NCBI RefSeq assembly: GCF_009914755.1
Contig: NC_060936.1
DNA length: 64,000 bases
Strand: one strand, 5' to 3'
From: the human T2T-CHM13v2.0 reference genome, Homo sapiens
Part shown: positions 15,285-29,964 of the stretch, piece after piece
Layout of the letters: each line of letters starts with the position of its first letter
Numbering within the stretch: the first letter of the stretch is position 1
Notes under the pieces: model-generated
Databases searched by the model: none
Seen by the model: only the letters and a program-made list of their open reading frames with translations
Told to the model about the DNA's origin: nothing
Program-made: the position numbers and the translations under genes

Positions 15285-15465
15285 CTTGATTAAGTGCTTA
15301 TCATTTACCAGGCACAGTTCTCTTATATATACGAACTCATTGGATCTTTGCAGTAACCCTTAAGAGAGCACCATCATTATTCTTATTTTCAGATGATACA
15401 CCTGAAGCACAGATAAATCAAATTGGCTACAGTCACATGGCTAGAAAATGGCAGAGCCAGGAAAA
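15285..15465 (-). mobile_element. MIR SINE
   Basis: attattcttattttcagatgatacacctgaagcacaga...agtcacatggctagaaaatggcagagccagga. Confidence 0.75.
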
Positions 15466-15651
15466 TAACACAGAATTTCATGAACACTGTATTTATTGCT
15501 CCACCATATTCAGTGTGTCCTGTGCTTTTGGGGTGTTAAAGTAGTGGTGGTGATCATTCTCCTCGTGTCTCGGGTATGTTTTGCATCTGAGCAATAGAAT
15601 GGGAAAAAAGTTGTTTTTTTTTTTTAAAGAAAATTGCTACTGATTTCCCTT

Positions 15652-15974
<323 letters not shown>

Positions 15975-17659
15975 CTTGATTTCCCTTTCTTGTATGCATA
16001 CACCCATACACATAAAATTTTGCCATCTGTTTATGAAAAAGTACAGCTTTAATTTCTTTTTATTGCCAGTTTTCAATCTCTGCCCATCAGAATAGTAAAG
16101 AAAGGATTCTCCAAAAAAAAAATGTGCCCCATTATCGGAGCCAGACACAGTTGAGTGTGGGGACGAAACCAGTGCTAGCTGGGAGCAGTGCTTTTTACTT
16201 TTTTCCCCCAGGTAACAGTAATGACATGGTACTAATACTTTTTATTAGCAGTAAGACCTCAAAGATTCTCAAATCACTCACTATTTGAAGCTGTCATTAT
16301 CCCACGAATCCCTTTGGCTCCAGGGAACAGGACAAAGAAGAGGAATACAGCCTAGGGGATAGCTTAAGGTGTCATGTTTGATTTCTTGTAATTAACTTTA
16401 TCATTTAAAAAGGCATCATGTATTTTTATACTTTTTGAATTTGGCCAGGTCTCATGCGGATGATAGTGGTCTAGATAGTTCATGTTAGTAGTGATAAAAA
16501 ATTAGGAGCCACCATCAAAAATCAAACATTAGGTTTTAAGTATTGGAATTAGGAGGTTTTTACCTTTCAGGACTCATAGACTGAAGCTACTGTTGCTATA
16601 GAAATGATTTTCCACCTACATAATTTGTGTTTGAGACAATTCTTTCTTAAATACATTTTTAAAACTATAAAATGAATAAGCGTAGGCATCACAGCACAGA
16701 AATAATTCTTCAGATGGGAGAAAAGTGATTTGTTTTTAATAATATCATGAGTAGAACCATGAAAACCCAACTACAAATCTAATTTTATTTTAAGATATTT
16801 CTTTAATACAAGGATTGAAAAATTAAAACAATGTAAATGCCTGTAAGGGGCATGGTACTATTCTGGCAACAAGGAGCTTTTAAGAGCAGTGGGCTCTTAA
16901 ATAGGTTTCGTTTTTTGTTGTTCTTCCTGCTAAACTGCTCTTAAAATGATTATCAGAAAATCGCACTGGAGGTGTTAATTCTTTGAATATATTCGCTCTA
17001 TGTGTATATTTCCCCAAGTTTCTAATATTCTGAGAACTTAAAAAAGCAAACATGGGTAGTATCATGTTGCTAATCTTGTTATAATATGATTTGAGTTTTA
17101 TTTTTAACATATACTTAAATGTTATTTGTTTTTTACTTCATAATAACCAGTTATTTCATTTTGTCCTATAGGTGTTTCATGCTCTAAGAAAAACATTGCG
17201 AGCTCTTAGAGGCGTGGGATTTACACTTGGAAGCAGGCGTAGGGACCGTTCTGCCCAACTTTTTCATTTTACTGACCGATGAGCTGATACTTTGAGGGCT
17301 AAGGTGACACCTAGGTTATTCAGCTTATTGTAGCAGAGCCGAGACCAGAATTAGATTTACCCTAAGCCTTTTATTATTTACATGATGCTGTGTCTTTGTT
17401 AGCCTCTTCCATACTAGAGGGCCACTTGGTTGTATTTTTATCTGTACAATAGATTTATGTATGTAAACATAAATCTCCATGCAGTCATCTCTGTTGGATT
17501 TAGATGAATAAGTTCAAGAATCTAAACAAGCAGTTCATACAACACAGGGAAACTACAGCCAGTCTTCAAAATTGTTTTGTAGTGAGAGAAATTTTATTTG
17601 CATATGTAGCATTTTAACATAGTTGATTCCCATTAAGAAAATAATGATCAAGCTAATAA

Positions 17660-18340
17660 GAAATGTGAATAAAAAATGGGAACAGTGAAAGTCAGACAAA
17701 AAGAAACATAAATGGCCAATTTTTTAGAAGACAGCTGGAATGAGGTATCTTATTCCTGTATCAAATTGGCAAAGATTTCAATGTGGGAATATCCCTATGT
17801 TAGTGAAGGCAGAGGGAAATAGTTAACTCTCTTTTACTACTGATCGAGTGTAAACTGTGAAAATAGTCAAATATAAAATGCTCATTCATCAGTTCTATAC
17901 CTGGAGATTTATCCTGCAAATTTAATAGTACAGTATTGATATTGAGTTGAACTTGCATATTGTTTTTAAGGATGGCCATTGAAATGTTGTTTATACACCC
18001 AACACATACAAAATAGCAAAAATAGAAATTAACCAGACTTTTTTCAGTTTTATAAATTATGGAACAGTAGAATATATGTAGCAATAGATTTGTATGTGCT
18101 AACATCTGATATTAAGAGGAAAAAAGCAAGTTTTAAAGCATGTTATATACTAATAAAGTTTTTATTTATGCTTTTCTATATAAAAATTCTGGTAGGACAC
18201 AAAAGAAAATGTTAGCAATAATTACTTCCAGGTTTTATTGGGTTTTGATGTGGATGCAGTGGAAGAGATTTTCTTTTACACTTTAAATCCTTTGTAGGTT
18301 GTGGGAAAAAATTTTATATGTGCACAATACACATGTGTTA
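17660..18340 (+). mobile_element. Very old L1 (L1ME-like) 3' region
   Basis: atcaaattggcaaagattt...gtgaaggcagagggaaatag...ttctatacctggagatttatcct. Confidence 0.6.
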
Positions 18341-18824
18341 GCTTTGTTAAGAAAATTTGAAACAGTAAAGTGTACATAACATTGTTAAAACTCTTTTGCT
18401 TAGTAACTGTGACTGAAGAAATCTTTCCCTTATTTTGAAATAATTTTGAAAAGTTTGTTCTTGATTTCTTTATAATTTAAATTCTCTTAAACAAACATAT
18501 TTAGTACCAAGATACAATTAAAGTATATTGGGAGTCAACCAACAAAGTTTCACAATCAATAGGATTCTGCCCGGGTTGTACCCCACACCTCAGTATTCAT
18601 TCAGGAAGATAGGTTTGCCTAAGAAATACGTATTAAAAGCCAGAAGGTAATCCCTTTTGAATTCTGTAATTCTGTTTCTGGGTCTAGATGTTAAAAAAAA
18701 TTAAATAACCTTCAAAATAGTGAGAAGTGAATATAACACAAATGTCTAACAATTGACTTATTTTATTAAACCATGAGATAACAAGATACAATGTTGTATA
18801 GCTTTGGAGGGAGTTCTCCAGACA

Positions 18825-18895
18825 CTCTCTCTCTCTCTCTCTGTCCCCCCCCCACCTTCCTCCCTCCCTCTGTCTTCCTCCCTCCCTCTGTCTCT
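18825..18895. repeat. CT-rich low-complexity tract
   Basis: (CT)n, a C-run and two copies of cttcctccctccctctgtct. Confidence 0.8.
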
Positions 18896-18926
18896 ATTAT
18901 TTAAAATAAATAAAGTAGATAAGTAA

Positions 18927-19242
18927 TTTTTTTTTTTTTTTAAGATGGAGCCTTATTATATGCCGAGGCTGGAGTGTAGTGCTGTTCGCGGGCACAATCC
19001 CTCTAGTGATCAGATCAGCACAGGAGTTTTGACCTGCTCTGTTTCCAGTCTGGGCCAGTTCACCACTCCTTAAGCAATCTGGTGGTCTCCCGCTCCCAGG
19101 AGTTCAGCATATTGATGCTGAACTTAGTACGGACACGCTATCAGCATAGCATGCTGCAGCCCGGAACTTTTGGACTCAAGCAGTCCTCCAGCTTCAGCTT
19201 CCTAAGTAGCCGGGACTATAGGCGTGAGCCACCATGCCTGCC
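18927..19242 (-). pseudogene. Full-length processed 7SL (SRP) RNA pseudogene (RN7SL-P type)
   Basis: Reverse strand has both Alu-domain ends plus the S-domain absent from Alus (actaagttcagcatcaatatg...gagcgggagaccaccagattgcttaaggagtggtgaactggcccagactggaaacagagcaggtcaaaactcc) and a poly(A) tail. Confidence 0.95.
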
Positions 19243-19384
19243 TTTCTCTTCATTAACAGAGATTAGCAAGTGTTGTAAAGGTATTAAGTCTTGTACCAAA
19301 CTGAAGTGTTTTCCTTGATAGAAGCTTAGGTATAGGAAAGAAAACTGAAGAGGAAATCACCTTCTTATTTTGAGACATAAGGCA

Positions 19385-19900
19385 TTTTTTTTAACTTTCT
19401 GTATTTACTTAAATTGACAAATAATATATATATCATATGCTACATAATGTTTTGAAATATGTATACACTGTGGAATGGCCAGATCAATCTCATTAGCATA
19501 TGCATTACCTCACATATTTATCTTTTTTTCTTTTGAGACAGAGTCTCACTCTGTCGCCAGGCTGGAGTGGAGTGGCGCGATCTTGGCTCACTGGAACCTC
19601 TGACTCCCTGGTTCAAGCGAGTCTCTCTCCCGCCTCGGCCTCCTGAGTAGCTGGGATTACAGGCACGCACCACCACACCCAGCTAATTTTTGTATTTTTA
19701 GTGGAGACAGGGTTTCACCATGTTGGCCAGGATGGTCTTGATCTCCTGACCTCGTGATCTACCCATCTTGGCCTCCCAAAGTACTGGAATTACAGGTGTG
19801 AGCCACCACGCAGGGCCCACATATTTATCTTTTGTTTTTGTGGTAAGAACACCTAAAATGTCTCTTATCAGTTTCCAAGAATACAATACATTGTTATTTA
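19385..19900 (-). mobile_element. L1MA (MA8-10-like) 3' end, split by an Alu
   Basis: tgttttgaaatatgtatacactgtggaatgg...gcattacctcacatattt | tttttgtggtaagaacac...gaatacaatacattgttatt. Confidence 0.8.
19523..19817 (-). mobile_element. AluSc SINE
   Basis: ctgtcgccaggctgg and gacctcgtgatc (Sc-type); TSD cacatatttatctttt at 19511-19526 and 19818-19833. Confidence 0.95.
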
Positions 19901-19984
19901 TGTAGCTTTTAAAAATATTGAACATAGAGATATGATAATTAATGATGTGTTAAAAATACAGTACAAAATAGTACTAGTGATTAC

Positions 19985-20135
19985 AATTATTCTTTTTGAG
20001 TGCATATGACTACCAGACACGTGGTAGAAACCAGATTTCATGTATTATCTGTAATCCTCATAACAGAACATATAAGGAAGATGATATTTCATTTGATAGA
20101 TAAGGAAACTAAGGATGAGGGAGGCTAAGCAGTTG
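19985..20135 (-). mobile_element. MIR SINE
   Basis: taatcctcataac...gatagataaggaaactaagg...gaggctaagc. Confidence 0.65.
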
Positions 20136-21955
20136 TTATGCAGACGAGTTTCATTTTGAAAGGGTCAAAGCCTTTGGATCAGTTCCCACTGCAACACATC
20201 TGATACACCCACAGTGCCGTGTTGTCCTTCGGGAAGAAGTTTTGTGCTCTTCTTTTGGTAATGTTGCTCAAATGATCATAATAATTTTAAAGCACACCAA
20301 GAGTTGACCTGGAGCCTGTTTGAACTATGGCATGCCCAAGTAGTGGTTTCCTTTATGCCCCATTTCCAGTTTATAGTTGAGGATAATCAGGCCTGTGCTA
20401 TGTATTTATTTACTTCAATAAGTTATAATTTATAGGTGCATTTTTAATTCTACGGATCAGTAAGAGGTGATTTCCCTACTCAAAAATACTTGATTTGGCT
20501 TTCTAGTGGTAGGAATATTTTCTGCCATGATTACTTTTCTGTGATGTAGCCAGTGCTGATGATCAGCTTCTGTGTGACTAATTGGATAGCTCTGTGAGTT
20601 CACTGTGGAAATGTAAACTCTAGCTTTGAAATTGAGCATACTGTTCCTTATGGCAGTTAAGGCTGTGATGTTAGTGTCATCATCTTCATACTCCTGCACA
20701 CAACTTCCACGGCTCCTGGTGTGCTGTGATTAGGTTTCTGGAATCATTGAGCACTCACCCCCACCCACGTTTCAGAAATCTCCTTGGTCTATTATTCCAG
20801 TGTGCTGCCCAAGTATTGTCATTTCCTTTGTGTGCTGTGACGTGAAAAAAACTGAGGATGCATTCACTGGTAGCAAGCCACATATTTATAAATGAGTACA
20901 ACACAGAAATTGGTTTGATTTTTCTCTTGTACATTATATTTTGTTCAGAATTCATTATTCCCTAGGTAAATGCAGGAGACATCGCTGAAACATCAAACTG
21001 ATCCCATCATTAAAGACAGTAGCATATTCAGGGATTATGCCAGCATAATTTTGTAGAAATAAAAGAAGTCACAAGTTAGAGAGACAGGTGCAGCATTGCA
21101 GCTACACGAAGTGGAGCGTGCAGTTTTCCAAGTAGGTAGTTAATTTTATCCTTAGTTTTCATGATTGAAGTAATAACATTGATAAAATGAAATAAGTTAA
21201 AATATGACAGTGTTGGGAAAATGTAGAATGATAATACTCCGTAGCTTTTGAGAACCTGCTTACCTCTTTCTAGTGAGAGATCCAGGATTTTTCTGGTTGA
21301 TAGAGATCTGTCCTGGGCAGAAAATGGCAAAACTGAGATTCAGCTCATGACTTCATTGCTTTTATTGTGTCCTTAGTCTGCCTTACTGGGTGTTAGTTTC
21401 CTTAATCTCTACAGAGGAGTTGTGGGCTAATATGCAGTGATGTCTGTGGATTGATTTCTTTAAAACAACAACAAAAATAAAAAACAAACAACTCTCAAAA
21501 CACAAAGTAGTAGAAGTAGAAATATTTATAGTGGCTGGTGGAGTGCTGTTGGATATATCAGTCTAATTTGTTGAAACCTAGAAATCATGTATGTCCTAGT
21601 TGGTTTATTCTACTTGGGATTAGAAACCAAGTGCTTAGGGTAAAGGAGGAGAGATTCTGCATTTGTTTTATTTTCATTGCAGATGCACATTACCTCTTTC
21701 AGAAATTCCTGTGTCATACATGATTACATTATGTTTTTATGCGAGACATTTAATTCCTTTGCACTGGGAAATAAGTTTTTCAGTTGCAGTTTTTTAAAAT
21801 GTGAAATTGGCTGCTTTATATAACAATTGTTTAATGCTCTTTTTATTATTCCATTTTTGATCCCATAGGTTGTTGTTAGGGCCTCTGTTTAACAGTATGT
21901 ATTATTTATATTGAAACAGAAGAAACAGTTGTGTCACACTGTGATCTCAGTTTTA

Positions 21956-22325
<370 letters not shown>

Positions 22326-22525
22326 TAAAACAGTGAAGTGTTAGTTAAATATAAATGTTTACAGCGTAAATTTTTCCCTGGTATATGGGGGAGAGGTGGG
22401 TTTATTGCAGTAATTACAGGTGAGTTAATTAAGTAGCTGAAAGTTAGCCTCTCATTTGTAAAGACACACAATAATAACCTTTTTTAGCTAAAAATTAGAG
22501 ACACTGAAAAAAAATTAGAAAAATA

Positions 22526-22657
22526 TTTTTTAAAGAGAAAGGGTCTCGCTATATTTCCCAGGCCGGACTTCAACTCCTAGACTCAAGATATCCTCCTGTC
22601 TCAGCTTCCTGAGTATCTAGGACTACAGGCATGTGCCATGCACCACCACGCCTGGCT
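22526..22657 (-). mobile_element. FLAM (free left Alu monomer)
   Basis: Single antisense monomer gggtctcgctatatttcccagg...gactcaagatatcctcctgtctcagc. Confidence 0.85.
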
Positions 22658-23479
22658 AACAGGATAAATTTATATGAAAAGACTTGTAAACAAAAGTCTT
22701 TCAGGCTGCTCTCAAAACACACACATGATTAATGATACTTAGTTTTTGTACCTTGTATCAAGGTGCAGTATGCTGGTGATTATTTTTTAGAGCACGGAAA
22801 TGCCAGCGGTAGTAAGCAAATCTCAAACTGTCAGCTTAGAGGTTTATTGTGCGTGTCTGCTCTTTGAGTCTATAAAGGGATTAACAGCTGAATATAGACT
22901 TTAAATCACTGTTGGGATTTAAATTTTTACTCTGAAAGACTAGGTCATTTGACAGTAATCAAGGGTATTTTCATTCTCAAGACTGTTTTGCAGGCCCAGC
23001 AGAAAACCCCTCTATTTAACCCATGAGGGGAGTCATCCTCAGGGCTGAGGCATATGAAATCTGGGGTACTTCACACAGAAAAATAATAAAAATGTAGGGG
23101 GATTTGCCTTGTGGTTGAATCCAGGAAGTTCTAAATTGGCAATAAGCAGATAGGGAACAATTTTGTCAGATACTGTGGATTAATGGTATTTAAAAGGCAC
23201 CTTGTTATTATTTTTGATGCACAAATAATTTTACATCTGCAAGCATATTTTAGAAATTCACCAATATGATGACTAATTATTTGGCCAAAAAAATTGACAG
23301 TGATTGTTGCAATTATATTTCTAAAGACCCATGCAATACAATGGTGATTTAAAATATGTTGGTCATATGAGTTTTTAAAACTGAATTGTTTGTTATAGAA
23401 GTAATATAAATATTTAAAAAATATATATCTTTGAAAAATATAGTGTTTTTTTTTTTTAAACTGTATTCCAAAGCCGATT

Positions 23480-23645
23480 CCTGAGACTGTGCTTTATATG
23501 CACCTACGGCTCCTAAAAAACATCAGCCACAGCTTCAAGCCTAAGCTCACCCGAGACCCAAGTCAGACACCTCTGGTGTGGAGCCTGGGGATCTGTTTTT
23601 AAAGAACTCCACAGTGCACAGTCAGCATTCAGAACCACCATTCTA
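23480..23645. mobile_element. MER5-like hAT-Charlie remnant
   Basis: agtcagacacctctggtgtggagcctggggatctgtttttaaagaactcc...ttcagaaccaccattcta. Confidence 0.55.
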
Positions 23646-24141
23646 AAGTTTTATATGTTTCACATGGATAGGCAGATAGTTGAAATTGTAAAAAAAAAAA
23701 AAATCAATTTTGATTCTCTAATATAATGGAAAATATCAGATTAAAAAGAACTCTATAGTAATATTTCACTATTTACTTGAGATGACCTGAACTAGGTATA
23801 ACGAAATGGAAGACTATAGCACATTGGATAGCCACAGACCAGTACTGGTATGAATTAGAATTGAATTCTGCTTAGATTGTAAAGGAACTTAAATTTAGCA
23901 CTAAGATAAGATTATTAAAGGAAAATAATGTGATTAAATGAAGTAGAACAACAGTACCTAAAATGTGTTATCTTTTAAAGTTTTTGAAATCTCTTGTTGA
24001 ATAAAGCACAATAATTGTATAGCATTGAAATAAAGATTTTGAAGTCTTACTATACCACTAACTCAATATAGTAAAAGGTGATGCTGAAAAAACATTAATG
24101 TGGCTGTATTGGTTATTTTGATATTTTAAAAAGCCCTTTAG

Positions 24142-24435
<294 letters not shown>

Positions 24436-26004
24436 GCCCCTTAGAGAACAAATTATTAATCTAAGACAACTAAGGTAAGGTAATGGGTAATGTCAAGGAT
24501 GTTTTTGCTGATTGGGACAATTTGTATTCAACTGCAATTCGACTACATTCATTAGCTTCATCAGAAATAAAACTGAGGATTATGTGTCTAGATCTGGGTG
24601 AGCTCAAAGATGATTACTGCTACATAGTCCTTGCTCTCAAGAGATTATATATTACATAATTTGCTTTCTATCTTATGGTTTCAGTAGTTATTTTTAGCAG
24701 CAAACAGTTATGTTTTTTAAAGGCAGCAAAAATTTATGTTGTTGGATTATTATTTATTTTTACTTTTTAAGACTTATTTATATACCAATTAAAGCCCAGA
24801 AAATTAGTCTTGAGCAAGAGTTAACACATGCTCCTAAAATTTTAAGTTTTTTGTTTGGCCAGATGAGGGCACTTTTTCTTTACATTTCTAGAATTTGAGC
24901 TGTGAAGCAGATTGTTTTTTCGCATCCAAGCGATTTCTTTCTTTCTTTTATTATTGCCAGTGAGACAGTTTTGGCATTTTTGATGTTTTGATTGTGCTGT
25001 ATTCTCATAGATTAATCCTTTCCATCAATCCTTTCCTAAAGGAAAAGCTTCAGTTTCTTGCAAAGGTGTTGTATATGGGAACTTTAAAATGAATGACAAA
25101 ATTTAATGGAACCAAGGTGGTTTTAGGAAAATGTCCATGTTATTTGTAATTTTGCTTATAGTTAATAATGGAAGTTGAAATGTACTTTTAATTTGAGTAC
25201 TCTAACAATAGCAAGACGAAGTAGCATTGACTAGACCCTCCTCTTCTCCCTTACCATATTTCTAGTGCCTGCTTTACATTGAATTAATGTTGCCTTGCAT
25301 TATTGCCGTCAGAATTATACAGAAGTAATGGAGAAGAAATAAAATACCAGAAACATTTTGTCTGCTGCTTAGAAATAAACAAAAATAAGTATAAGTACTG
25401 AACCCAACAAGTATAATATTAGAAATACAGCATATTTAACTTTCTTATTTGCTGTCAAATGCCAGACTGAATAGGATAAGGTTTCTAAGGTTATGTGTAA
25501 TGTACTAAAACAACACAGACTGCAACTATTTGGTGTCAGTGTGAACAGTCTTAAGAAGAAAATCAAAGAGAATAATGTTTAAACGTCCCACAAAACAAAG
25601 CTGTTGTCATTTCGTCACAGATGAACAAAACAAGTTTATGTTTTTTGAAAGTTAAATTTCTGAAGAGCAATGAAACAGAGCTGTTGCTAATTAAAGTTTA
25701 AAAACCACTAGTGAAAATAAACACCAAAACATGGTTAACTTAAAGGAGATTAAAAGGAGAGTGGGGGAAACAGCAAGGATGAATTCAATGTGCAAGTTTG
25801 TTTAAAATTATATACAACTTAAGGAGTCATGAAAAGGAAATATTATTGTATTTTACATAGATAGATAGATGAGTATAAATAGTATCTCCCTTGTATAGAT
25901 TAAAGAAAGCTGTTATCATTATCAGCTGACTCTGGAAAGAGGTGTCAGCTTAGTGAAGCCAGCAAACCTTAGTTTCCTCTGAGTGCCAGAGAGCCACTGT
26001 TATC

Positions 26005-26190
26005 ATATTCTCTTTCATGAGCACCAAATGTGCTTTAGGTACTTTTCCTACATGTTCACTTATTATCAACAACCCTGTGGGATAATTATTAGTATTATCA
26101 TTTTACAGGTGAGAAAATGTAGAATATTAAGTAGTATGTTTAGTGTCACAGAAACCGATAATAATGAATTTCTCAAACCAAAATTCAGAT
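26005..26190 (-). mobile_element. MIR SINE
   Basis: caacaaccctgtggga...tattatcattttacaggtgagaaaa. Confidence 0.65.
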
Positions 26191-26333
26191 TGTAACGACA
26201 CTTTAATGTTAAGACGCATGTCACTGAGAAGCAAGTGGTTTGGGTTTCAATGATTGAGTTAGTTGTTCTCAGTCTGCTCTGCCCCAAAAGGCCATCTCTT
26301 GGTGTTTCAAGGAACAGCAGCTGGGTTGCTTGA

Positions 26334-26841
<508 letters not shown>

Positions 26842-27014
26842 TAGTGATTTTTAAATTTTCATTCTATTCCCTGACTTTTTGCTGTATAAATTTTGGTAGC
26901 AGTCTTGTTGCCTAGACCTTATTTATCAAGCCATAGTCTATTTGAATAGTAAACCCCCAAAAATCTGGTTTTATGGCTGACAGATCTTTAATAAAAATGA
27001 ATCCCTCTGCCCCT

Positions 27015-27300
27015 TTCTCATTAAACATTTGCTGGGGACTTTTTATGTACTGGCTATTTGTACTTGGATGTAGGATGTACATGTGAGATACAGCTATGCC
27101 CTTGCTAGTGAGTTTATATTCTCGTGTAAGAGCTCAGTAAGTAAGCTAGTCATCACAATGAAATGGGATAAGTACTGTGCCGGTGAGTAGGGTGCTGTGA
27201 AAGCATACCCCTGTCTTGTGAAGAGAGAGGGGAAGGAAGTCTTCATGGAAGACAGAATGTCTGAATGATCAGATCATTTCACAGATAGATTGAGAGGTAG
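27015..27300 (-). mobile_element. L2 3' end
   Basis: cattaaacatttgctgggg...atgtactggc...gcccttgctagtgagtttatattct. Confidence 0.5.
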
Positions 27301-27829
27301 GAAAGGCTAATTTTGTTGAAGAGAATAAGTGATGTTTGTTTTGAATATTTTGGGTGTGGCTATAGGTTTTGAGATCTACATTTGGTTTTTAAAAATGCGG
27401 GAATGGAATTTTTCGAAGAATTTTTAGCCTGGAAATGAATATTTGAGAGTTACTTGAATAGAAGTGATAAGATAGAAAAAGAGGAGAGGACACTGGGGAA
27501 TACCTATAAAAATCAGAGAGGTAGAACTCCGCTAATGCAGGTCCTGGAAGCCACAGTCAGAAGACAAAACAGTACTTCAAGAAGTGATTGTTATATAGTC
27601 GGTGGAGGCAAATGCAGTGCTTACAAGTTGAGGAAGCAGAGTAAGGCACTGTATTTGATTAAGGTATCAGTTACTTGTGAGCAATATAGTGCAGGGTTAG
27701 ATTTAAATCGACATTTTAGAAATGTACTTCTTCTCTATACCTTTTTTTTTTTTCTTTTAACATTGGTTCTTCACTTTGGAGAGGAGATTAATGGACCTCT
27801 TTGAAACTGTGATACAGAGATGGCGTACA

Positions 27830-28350
27830 TTTCTTTTGTGCCCTGTCCATCCTCTGTTTCTTCTGAGAATCTAACTCACATTTACCTTGGAGAAAAACTC
27901 CTTATTCAGTACTTGTTATTATACTCAGGTCTGGTCAGTATTTGTTCCATACCTCCTGATCCTGTCATTGACCAGGGTGTGCACATTATGTAAGCTGGAC
28001 CAGTAATACTAGATCCTGGGACTTTCCTTAAGCTCTGGAGAACGAGAATGTCTTATGTTGGATTTGAAGCTGTAAAGATGTCAGCCTAGAGCTGTCCTCA
28101 TGGGGCAATAACAGAGAGAAAGACAGAGAGAGGAGGGGTAGGGATGGCCTGGGAGGAGGAGAGAGAAGAGTAGGAGGTAAAGAACAGAGACAGATAGATA
28201 CACACTTTATCATATTAGTTGAGTCTCTGGATCTAGCCATTCCTGAATCTACTCCTGAACTTTTAAATTAATTGAACCAATACATTCCCTCCTTTTGTTT
28301 AAACTAATTTGAATTGGATTTTCTGTTATTTGAGGCTGGAAGAGTCCCAT
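27830..28350 (+). mobile_element. Old ERVL/ERVL-MaLR solo LTR (LTR16- or MLT1J/K-like)
   Basis: ctggatctagccattcctgaa...ccaatacattccc...ctaatttgaattggattttctgttattt, typical 3' end of these LTRs. Confidence 0.65.
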
Positions 28351-29560
28351 TCCCATGAAGAATGCCTGTGTACTTAACATATCTTAAAGAATGCAAATGA
28401 TTCGGGAGTCTCCATATCTGTAGGGGCCCAATGAAACAAAAAGTAATGAAGATCAAGTTGTTCCAAGGATAGCCATTAACTAATTAATAACACACACATA
28501 CATATAAAATCTTGTTATTTATTGTAGTTGAGGGGATGGGATATTTTTATTAATGCCTTTTGGATTAATCAAGAATTAACACATTTATCTTCTTCAGTCT
28601 CTTTCATAAGAATATCCTTTGTGAAATATTTGGATTGCATTTCATTTGTTATCTGTCTCTCTAGGCTTATAAATATACTTGCCAACCACATACATGTCTT
28701 AGGACTCAGACCATAAACCCATAGATACAACGTAATTTGCCAGAGGTCCCATAAAATACTAATAATAAGGCTAGTTGTCCCTGGCTCTAGCTTAGTTAGG
28801 TAACTTGAAGAAAAAAGGAAAATGGCTGTGCTAATTTTGTTAGGAGTAAGCTTTCAGTTCAGTAGAAAATGACGATATATAGAAATATAATTCAATAAAC
28901 TGTTTGATGGGTGGTAGCATTAAAAATAACAGAGCAGTTGGGAAGTACTTGATATATAATAAAATATCAAAGGACATTGTCACATCTGCAGTCAGATAAT
29001 AGTTCTAAGTTAGGTTGGCCACAGTGAGGGTGATTGTTTCTTTCTGGTCACTGCACTTGGCAGTAGATGTAGCTCCTGGCAGGTTCACAATGATGTTCGT
29101 TTTGATGAAATAGAACAAGAAAGTTGGATGGTAATAACGTGAATAACTGAAAATAAGCTCGAATTTAGTATACCAAATTTACTTTCTTCTATAGAATAAT
29201 GCCAACTACTTTCTAATTAGTAGCTAGAAGAAATGGAGTAAGAGTAAAAAGTTTAGATTGAAATTGAGTCCAGTCTACATTCCCTCTGGTCATGTTTTTT
29301 TGAAACTGACCCAAAGCTCTCAACCTCTTGTTTTTTGCTTTCTTCCTTTTTTAGAATACCATTTATGGTTCGTATCCACCCCTTGAAGTCCTATATTCTA
29401 ACTGAGCTTTCATCTATAAGCTTTTTTGGGCATTGTATGCAGAATTTAATAGCTTCCTATTTATTAAGAAACATTCCTTTCTCTTTGGGCAGAATTTATA
29501 TTTTATTCCTTCTAAATGCTTTGTTAAATCAGAAGGTCGAGGAATAACAATATGCTGTTT

Positions 29561-29574
29561 CTGCCCTCTGGTGG
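29561..29574 (-). promoter_or_regulatory. CTCF core motif (CCACCAGAGGGCAG)
   Basis: Close match to the CCASYAGRKGGCRS consensus in AT-rich unique sequence. Confidence 0.6.
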
Positions 29575-29964
29575 TTGAAAGAGATGTTGTAAATAAGTAA
29601 TTACAAAGATGTGTGTCCTATGACTCTAACCACCTATGGCATTATAGTTTCTTTTATTCCACCTGCATTTATTGGTTCACTGATGTATCAAGCATGTAAT
29701 GAGCATCTTCTATATGACTGTCTTTATCAGTACTCTAAAGTGCCTTGTCTAGTAGCATTCTGGCCATTAGAAACAAGTTAACATATGTGAGGTCTTACAA
29801 ATGAAGTTCCAAAAGCCCGCTTTTGCTATGTCTAGATCTGACTTTTTGCACTCCAGGTTTGGATTGCAAAGTGTTTTCCTATCTAAATCTAAAATTTCTA
29901 GATACACTGAACTTAATTGGTAGTACACATGGTGAATGAAAACTGAGGAAATATTGTGTCTTAG

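Noticed and set aside
22417-22425. Consensus donor CAG|GTGAGT
   Set aside because: No convincing upstream acceptor or reading frame; such 9-mers are expected by chance in 64 kb.
27454-27804. 116-aa ORF, among the longest in the window
   Set aside because: TTG start, no recognisable domain, and it lies in purine-rich, probably L2-derived sequence.
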